Origin: Candidatus Bathyarchaeia archaeon
Lineage (GTDB): Archaea; Thermoproteota; Bathyarchaeia; Bathyarchaeales; Bathycorpusculaceae
DNA: 64,000 bases
Reading direction: 5' to 3'
Assembly (NCBI GenBank): GCA_049512935.1
Contig: JBEKWR010000002.1
Coordinates: forward strand, 64,001-128,000
Part shown: positions 58,216 to 64,000 of the stretch, in pieces
Layout of the letters: each line of letters starts with the position of its first letter
How positions within the stretch are numbered: position 1 is the first letter of the stretch
Position numbers and translations under genes: made by a program
Notes under the pieces: generated by a model
What the model was told of the DNA's origin: nothing
Seen by the model: the letters and a program-made list of their open reading frames with translations, nothing else
Database searches by the model: none

Positions 58216-58662
58216 TTGCAATTGAAACGACTGGTTGTGGGCAAAGGAAAAACATCTAGACCTGGCGAAGCAGATGAATGGGTAAAAAACTACTTTGAGA
58301 TTGAAGCGTCTGTCGAAAATCCAGCTGAGCTTGAAGCCGCAAAAGCAAACCTCAGCGGACTTATCGATGGATGGCTTTCCACACATAAACCAGTCCCAAG
58401 GGAAACGCCGAAAAAGACTCAACTAATATCGCAAGATCTTGAAAAGCTGCCGTGGAAAACCTACAATTCAAAAGAAGACTGCAAACCTAACGAGGCAGGC
58501 TGGATCTTCACAAACACGCCTGGGGCAGAAGCTCTCTCAGAATTAATTAAAAAACAAGACAAAGAACCCGTTATCCAAATAGGCGATTGCAACTTCACCG
58601 TAAGATTCAGCGGCGCGGAAAAACAATTCATCGGAAGAGCACCAGTAAAAACCCAAACTTAA
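58216..58662 (+). CDS. Hypothetical element protein
   Basis: 148-aa ORF in the integrase operon with a GGAGG SD. Confidence 0.6.
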   Translation: MQLKRLVVGKGKTSRPGEADEWVKNYFEIEASVENPAELEAAKANLSGLIDGWLSTHKPVPRETPKKTQLISQDLEKLPWKTYNSKEDCKPNEAGWIFTNTPGAEALSELIKKQDKEPVIQIGDCNFTVRFSGAEKQFIGRAPVKTQT

Positions 58663-58683
58663 CCAAGAACGTGAGGCAACATA

Positions 58684-59055
58684 GTGACTCCTCTTACTTT
58701 TTCCTTGGGTTCGCCTGTTTATATCCGCTATAAAGACCACGTTCTCTTCAAAAACATTCAGCAACCCATGGAAGAAGCAATGGAGAGGGAAACCATCGGC
58801 TGGCTATCAAGAGAAAACGGCGAAATAATTCTCGTCGAGCACGACCGAACAATGCCAAATGCTGAACTCTGCAGCGGTCAAAGCAACGGACTAATTATTT
58901 TAAAGAGCTGCATCATAGAAATCCGCAAGCTACCACTACAAGAAAGTTCAAAGTGGCACTTAAATTCTCAAGAAACTACAGATAAAGCAGAGTATGCGCT
59001 TCAGCCAAAGAAGCGAAAAACTCCAAAAAGAAACAGGACGGGAGCAAAAAAATGA
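58684..59055 (+). CDS. Hypothetical beta-rich (Sm/SH3-like) protein
   Basis: VYIRYKDH...ETIGWL...IILKSCIIEI; 4-bp overlap with the integrase. Confidence 0.55.
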   Translation: MTPLTFSLGSPVYIRYKDHVLFKNIQQPMEEAMERETIGWLSRENGEIILVEHDRTMPNAELCSGQSNGLIILKSCIIEIRKLPLQESSKWHLNSQETTDKAEYALQPKKRKTPKRNRTGAKK

Positions 59056-60587
59056 AAACCGTAACCATAACGGAGAGCTCCCGAGGCACCAAACTGCAAA
59101 AACCACTAACTCTCACCTTGCCTGAAGCAGAGACAGCCGCAGACAAAAAGCTCCAACAATACATAATCGACGCATTACTAACCAAAATGCCAAGCCTCGT
59201 AACCTTAACCTTCCAAAACACCACAACCATAGAACTAGCAAAACACCTCTTACGTCACAGAACAGGCAGCCCAGCCACCCTCTACCAATACATCTACGGC
59301 GTCCACCGCTTCAGTCTCTGGACAAACACCCAACCCGACCAACTTGTCAAAGCCTGCCAAGATCAAGACGGAGACCCAAAACCAAAAGCTCTTTCGCAGA
59401 CTAGCCGCATGCTAGATGACTTCGTCGCCAACCTGCAAGCCGAAAACTTGGCACCAGGAACCGTAAGCAATCACGTTAAGGGCGTCAAAGCATTATTCCG
59501 CTGCAACGGACTAAAACTTGAACTTCCTTACAATCTGAGTAAAAGAAGCGTCTACGAAGATAGAGCACCAACACCTGAAGAGCTACAAAAAATGCTCGAC
59601 TTAGCCGATCTACGCGAACGAGTAATAATATCGCTACTGGCGTTAGGCGGATTTCGCATCGGCACTCTATCCAAGCTACAGTATCGCCATGTCAGACGCG
59701 ACCTAGAAAAAGGCATAATCCCAATCCACGTGCATGTTGAATCAGAGATAACCAAGGGCAAATACCACGACTACGACACATTCCTGGGACTGGAAGCAGC
59801 CGAATATCTCAAAGCCTACTTGGACTTACGAAAACAAGGCAGCCCAACAGGGCGAAAACAACCAGAAATTATCCACGACAACTCACCATTAATACGCGAT
59901 GGACAAAGCAACCTTGCCAAACCAATAACAACAGGCAGAATTCACTCAGTTGTCCACAACCTCTACGTCAAAGCAGGATTAGTAACCAGCAACCCTCGAG
60001 GAAGACGCTACGACCTAAGAGCCCACAGCATTCGCAAATACTTCCGGACACAGCTAGCCGCACTTAGCATTCAAACCGATTACATCGAATACATGATGGG
60101 ACACACAATCAGCACCTATCACGACATACGCATGAAAGGCATAGAATACCTCCGCGGCGTATACATCTCCTCAGGCCTAAGCATAAAACCAAAAACTCGC
60201 CTAAACAAACTTGAAGCCCTCAAAGAAATGATTCGCGCATGGGGACTCAACCCTGACCAAGTGATGTCCAGAGAAGCATTAGCGCAATCCAATGTAACCG
60301 TCATAGACCGAGCCCAACTAGAACAAACTCAACTGACACAATTAACAGCTGTTTTAAAGCAGCAGATGATCAAAGAAATATACGAGAGTCAAGGTCAAAA
60401 AAGTATGAATTCACGCCTGGGACAAAGTAGCCCGGGAGAGATTCGAACTCCCTTAGGGGCAGTTTTCAGGCGATTTATTAATTTCAGTCATTTCTATAAT
60501 CTCATTGGTAGACGTGGTGGCAATTTGGGATTAAAAGGCTTCTCAACCACAATAAGAGCTTCAAGATTCCAGAACAGGACACAATAG
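59052..60587 (+). CDS. Tyrosine recombinase / integrase
   Basis: Catalytic R (GFRIG), K (ITKGK), HxxR (HSIRK), H (MMGH), Y (STYH). Confidence 0.92.
   Translation: MKTVTITESSRGTKLQKPLTLTLPEAETAADKKLQQYIIDALLTKMPSLVTLTFQNTTTIELAKHLLRHRTGSPATLYQYIYGVHRFSLWTNTQPDQLVKACQDQDGDPKPKALSQTSRMLDDFVANLQAENLAPGTVSNHVKGVKALFRCNGLKLELPYNLSKRSVYEDRAPTPEELQKMLDLADLRERVIISLLALGGFRIGTLSKLQYRHVRRDLEKGIIPIHVHVESEITKGKYHDYDTFLGLEAAEYLKAYLDLRKQGSPTGRKQPEIIHDNSPLIRDGQSNLAKPITTGRIHSVVHNLYVKAGLVTSNPRGRRYDLRAHSIRKYFRTQLAALSIQTDYIEYMMGHTISTYHDIRMKGIEYLRGVYISSGLSIKPKTRLNKLEALKEMIRAWGLNPDQVMSREALAQSNVTVIDRAQLEQTQLTQLTAVLKQQMIKEIYESQGQKSMNSRLGQSSPGEIRTPLGAVFRRFINFSHFYNLIGRRGGNLGLKGFSTTIRASRFQNRTQ
60428..60452 (-). other. 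3' fragment of a tRNA-Gln-like gene (T-arm + acceptor 3' strand); right att site
   Basis: Minus strand GGGAG-TTCGAAT-CTCTC-CCGGGCT-A gives T stem-loop, acceptor strand and discriminator. The implied AGCCCGG 5' end fits archaeal tRNA-Gln. No D or anticodon arm is present. Confidence 0.75.
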
Positions 60588-60843
60588 AAAAAGTAAGTAG
60601 AGGCATTAATCAACGAAGAAGCTCTCTTGTTCGCTAAATATCTGAGGAACAGAAAGAGAGAATGGATTCCAAGAGTTAATATTGTGCGCACGCGCTAAAA
60701 TAGGGCTGTTCTAACGTTCTATTAACACATTCTCGATAGATTATGGCTAATTTAGCTTATTGAGCCTTAAGAAAGCTTAAATATTACTTCAGACTATTAC
60801 TTGTCAGCAGTTCCAGTTTTGCCTTGAGGCAGATGGATGAAAA

Positions 60844-61653
60844 TTGTCCGAATTGGACAAGACAGATCTATTAATGGGACTGGGGTTAAGCCCTAATCAA
60901 GCAAAAGTTTATCAAACCATACTTAAATTAGGCAACGTTCCAGTTGGTATGATAGCGAAATCTTCTTCGGTAAGGCGAGAAGATGTATACAAGGTTTTGC
61001 CAGCACTTGAAAAGATGGGTCTAGTAGAAAAGTTACTCGGCAAACCAGCCATGATTCGGGCTACTCCTGTTGCCGGTGCTTTGGCTTCTTTAATAGTTGA
61101 TGAAAAAGTCAAATCTGATGAAAGAATAGCCTCAATGAAAGCGAAATTTCAAGTCCTATCTAAGTCGATGTGGGTACAGCCTATTGTTTTGGGTGAAGAA
61201 GAAAGTCGATATGCTCTAATACCAGAAGGTAAAGCAGTACTCGCTAAAATAAACAGTTTAATTGCCAGCTCTAAAATTAATGTTTTCTGGATTGATACCC
61301 AGAAAGAAATCTCGCATGTCACATCTCTTCTTGTCGCTGAAATCAAAAAAGCAATTCATAACAGAGTGGAAGTTAAAGTGATTATTGAAGATTTCAAACT
61401 TGATGAATCCCAAACGAAAGACGTACAACACACCATAAACATCGAGTCTGTTAGTATTAGGTTTCACCATCAACCCCTGAACCGGTTCGCAGTTTTTGAT
61501 GGCAGAGAAGCCATGATTTCAACCACCAATAGAAAGAGTACGGCTGAAGAAACTTCAGCATTGTGGACAACCGACACCAACCTTATCGGCGTGCTGAAAG
61601 GATACTTTGAGACTGCGTGGAGTGAATCCGAAGAATTAAAAACAAATCAATAA
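60844..61653 (+). CDS. TrmB family transcriptional regulator
   Basis: LGLSPNQAKVY..L...VRREDVYKVLPALEKMGLV wHTH and C-terminal FAVFDGRE...YFETAW. Confidence 0.85.
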   Translation: MSELDKTDLLMGLGLSPNQAKVYQTILKLGNVPVGMIAKSSSVRREDVYKVLPALEKMGLVEKLLGKPAMIRATPVAGALASLIVDEKVKSDERIASMKAKFQVLSKSMWVQPIVLGEEESRYALIPEGKAVLAKINSLIASSKINVFWIDTQKEISHVTSLLVAEIKKAIHNRVEVKVIIEDFKLDESQTKDVQHTINIESVSIRFHHQPLNRFAVFDGREAMISTTNRKSTAEETSALWTTDTNLIGVLKGYFETAWSESEELKTNQ

Positions 61654-61828
61654 ACAACTAAAGTAACCTATCGATAACAAACTTGGGAAAGTTACGCTTT
61701 AAATCGTTCAAACAATTCAACTTCTCGCAAAGTAGGCCAAACATCAAATCGCCAAAAAAGTACACTGTGTTTTTGTTTGAAGAAACAAGTTTGTTTTCCC
61801 AATAATTTATAGGTGACATCTGTGAGGA

Positions 61829-62161
61829 TTAACAATATTCTTTGTGTTCATTCTGGTTAAGTTCATTCTTTGCTTTGGTTAAAGGGATTTCACTTCTAAT
61901 TTTCACAGTTGGAATCACTTGGTTCAGTTCTTTGAAGTACCTGATCAAGTACAAGCCACGCTCAGTAATCGCGTAAACAATTCTATCCCGCTCAACATAC
62001 TTCGCTTCAACTGCACCTTGTGTAATCAGAAAATCAAAATAATTCTTCAGTACGTTGCAGTTGAGGTTAGCCTTTTGCATTACGTGAGTTATCTTTAAAG
62101 GACCATGACTAGCTAATGTCTCAAGAATGCTCAAACACGTTTCCAGTTTGGATCGTCTCAA
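61829..62161 (-). CDS. Small archaeal wHTH regulator (MRRSKLE family)
   Basis: RRSKLE..ILE.L...KITHVMQKANLN...YAITERG. Confidence 0.82.
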   Translation of the reverse strand: MRRSKLETCLSILETLASHGPLKITHVMQKANLNCNVLKNYFDFLITQGAVEAKYVERDRIVYAITERGLYLIRYFKELNQVIPTVKIRSEIPLTKAKNELNQNEHKEYC

Positions 62162-62317
62162 ATTTAGATTTTCCCTTTTCGAAGTTAAATTACTGTTTTA
62201 ATGTTTTACCGCATATTTGCTATTGTTCTGCCTCATAAAGGCGGGTCGACCAGTTAATGTATCCTTCGAGAGTAAACGCGCATGAATGCTCATCGCGCCT
62301 CTATCAGAATCAAGAAA

Positions 62318-62638
62318 CTAAGTATCGTTTTGTTGGGTCATTTTTATCAGTGTAAGTTGGCTTAGCAGTTGATTGATTTTGCCAGAGGTGACTGCCCTCT
62401 TCTGAGTGTTTCTTTCTTTTTTTCTGTGTTCGGCAACATGAGTCTTGATGGCACGATTCATAGCCTGTAAATCTGGCACCACCAGTATTTCGGCTCCGCA
62501 TTCGCAACTAATGATTGGCAAACCTTCCTTCAAGCGCCCATCCACTTCAGCGGATTTGCCTTCTAGAATGTTAGCAATTCCTATTTCTTCTGTTGGCAAC
62601 AATTTCTGAATTCTCTTAACTCTACTTCCACTACGCAT
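62318..62638 (-). CDS. Hypothetical Zn-binding protein
   Basis: CECG...HxxxH motif. Confidence 0.55.
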   Translation of the reverse strand: MRSGSRVKRIQKLLPTEEIGIANILEGKSAEVDGRLKEGLPIISCECGAEILVVPDLQAMNRAIKTHVAEHRKKERNTQKRAVTSGKINQLLSQLTLIKMTQQNDT

Positions 62639-62828
62639 CTAAACTCGAAAATCTCCGTTCACTTTCTTAATGGCTAACTATATTCAAGTAAATTCTTTTT
62701 ATGGTCATGTCTGTATAACCCTCCATCTACAAGGTTAAAATGTCTTCAGATGTACTTGTTTAGCTAAAACTGCCAGTCGATTTGCACATAAAAGTCCCTG
62801 ATCTGATAGATGTTGGATTTTAGAAGAA

Positions 62829-63011
62829 TCATGTGCAGAAGCCTAAGTCTAAAAAAGCACTTCCAACAGAATAATCGTTCTGTTCAGTTGGATCCTCCCA
62901 ATGAAGGCTCCAGCCAATCCACCAGAGAAAGACGGCTATTGGCATTAAAAGGAAAACGCGTGCCCTTCTTCTCCGATGTCGAGGCTGGATGCATATTGCG
63001 TTTTTATTCAT
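62829..63011 (-). CDS. Small hypothetical membrane protein
   Basis: Basic stretch followed by FLLMPIAVFLWWIGWSL. Confidence 0.4.
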   Translation of the reverse strand: MNKNAICIQPRHRRRRARVFLLMPIAVFLWWIGWSLHWEDPTEQNDYSVGSAFLDLGFCT

Positions 63012-63723
63012 ACCTCATAAGGTATAGGGGTTTTTCTGCCTCTTTTCGTCTTTTTTGCTGAGGAATATTCTTTGCGTTATTGATGCTAATAGCCATTTTC
63101 GAGGTCTCCTGTCTTAGTCCTTCTTGAATGATGAAGTAGAATTCATCGTCGTTTAGGAGTTTTTCATATTTCTTGTCTTGAGAACTCGCTTTCTCACCTC
63201 CCGTGGAAATAAACTGTGCTCTCCTTAGACGCTATTCTTTGTTGCATTTCGGAAAGATTTTTTGAAACTTCCTCCATGCGACTACTCTCAAGCTAGCGAA
63301 TCTTGCTTTTAGGGGGGAAGGAGGACAGATAGAGGCGGTCATAACTGTTTTAGCAAGATTCGCTGCTTACCATGAACATTGATTTAAATTATATATTAAT
63401 ACTATGAATTTGAAATTCATGTTTTTGGCTAACAATGAAACTGGTGCCCCAAAACCAATTACTTGACAATGCAAAATTAAATACGGTCATATTGTCAACA
63501 AAAGACCAAGAAAGCCGTTTTACAATAACCAAGTTTTTGCATTTGAAATGTGCATTTTTAAATATTATTATCAGATAATAAATGTAATTTTCTAATATTC
63601 CATGAGTTAATTCATTATGCCTATAAGCTTGTATCACCACTATAGTGCATGGAGAAGCGTGCACTAACCCCGTGAATAGAAGTGCGTTGTTAAGAAAAAT
63701 GCGCGTCAAAAAAAAGATAATGT

Positions 63724-64000
63724 ATGAGAAGATCTAAACTGGAAATACATGTGGATATCCTGAAGACCTTGGCTCACTGGGGTCCGTTGAAACTGACGCG
63801 CGTCATGTACAAGGCTAACGTTAACTGCAGCGTGCTGAAGGTGTACCTTGACTTCTTGACCAAGCAGGGGCTGGTTGAAGAGAAAATCATTAGAAAAGAA
63901 AGATTAGTCTATGCGATCACGCAACGCGGCGTGACAGTGCTCAAGTATTTCAGAGAGCTCAAAGAAGCACTTCCCATAGTTGAAGAAACAGGAAACAAAG
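63724..64000 (+). CDS. Small archaeal wHTH regulator (MRRSKLE family), truncated by window edge
   Basis: MRRSKLEIHVDILKTLAHWGPLKLTRVMYKANVNCSVLKVYLDFL...YAITQRG; paralog of 61829-62161. Confidence 0.85.
   Translation, partial: MRRSKLEIHVDILKTLAHWGPLKLTRVMYKANVNCSVLKVYLDFLTKQGLVEEKIIRKERLVYAITQRGVTVLKYFRELKEALPIVEETGNK

Larger units (their letters stand above)
18746..60441. mobile_element. Integrated element / defence island (~41.7 kb) at a tRNA 3'-end att site
   Basis: 17-bp direct repeats matching a tRNA 3' end, a tyrosine integrase at the right end, and defence-gene cargo between the repeats. Confidence 0.82.

Noticed and set aside
60428-60530. Intact tRNA gene at the right att
   Set aside because: Only the T-arm and acceptor 3' strand are present. 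No anticodon arm, D arm or complementary AGCCCGG 5' strand lies at the expected distance.
63389-63709. 106-aa minus-strand ORF
   Set aside because: It lies in an AT-rich upstream region of the wHTH gene, has an atypical composition and shows no motif. Likely spurious.

Overview
Archaeal chromosomal window, probably Bathyarchaeia. That assignment is an inference from the protein families (AbrB-PhoU, TrmB, 'MRRSKLE' wHTH proteins), TATA-type promoters and frequent TTG/GTG starts. Bases 1-18.7 kb are core-like: ABC exporters, a radical SAM/SPASM enzyme, GT2, DedA, DUF362, a complete pstSCAB-phoU locus with an AbrB-PhoU regulator, and a PAP2 enzyme. Bases 18746-60441 are a ~41.7 kb integrated element. 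It is bounded by a 17-bp direct repeat (AAGTAGCCCGGGAGAGA) matching the 3' end of a tRNA-Gln-like gene, and its tyrosine integrase reads through the right att site. The cargo is a dense defence island: an nucleotidyltransferase/wHTH (AbiE-like) pair, a DUF6361-like/PLD/SNF2 helicase triplet, an RNase Z-like MBL hydrolase, several nucleases, a UvrD-nuclease fusion, an ABC-ATPase/PIN pair, and a complete BREX type 1 system with rearranged gene order, a second brxA and a small PAPS-reductase gene. The best candidate for an undescribed system is a tightly coupled five-gene operon inside the island: nrdG - nrdD (no ATP cone) - dNMP kinase - (dead restriction-nuclease domain fused to BspA LRR) - Type III Mod-like methyltransferase lacking a TRD. 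Other signals are a CTATATAG Pho-box-like motif shared by three promoters, a 6 x 10-bp phased GGGTC array, several micro-ORFs missed by the ORF track, and a non-canonical start for pstC. All family assignments come from reading motifs by eye; no database searches were run.
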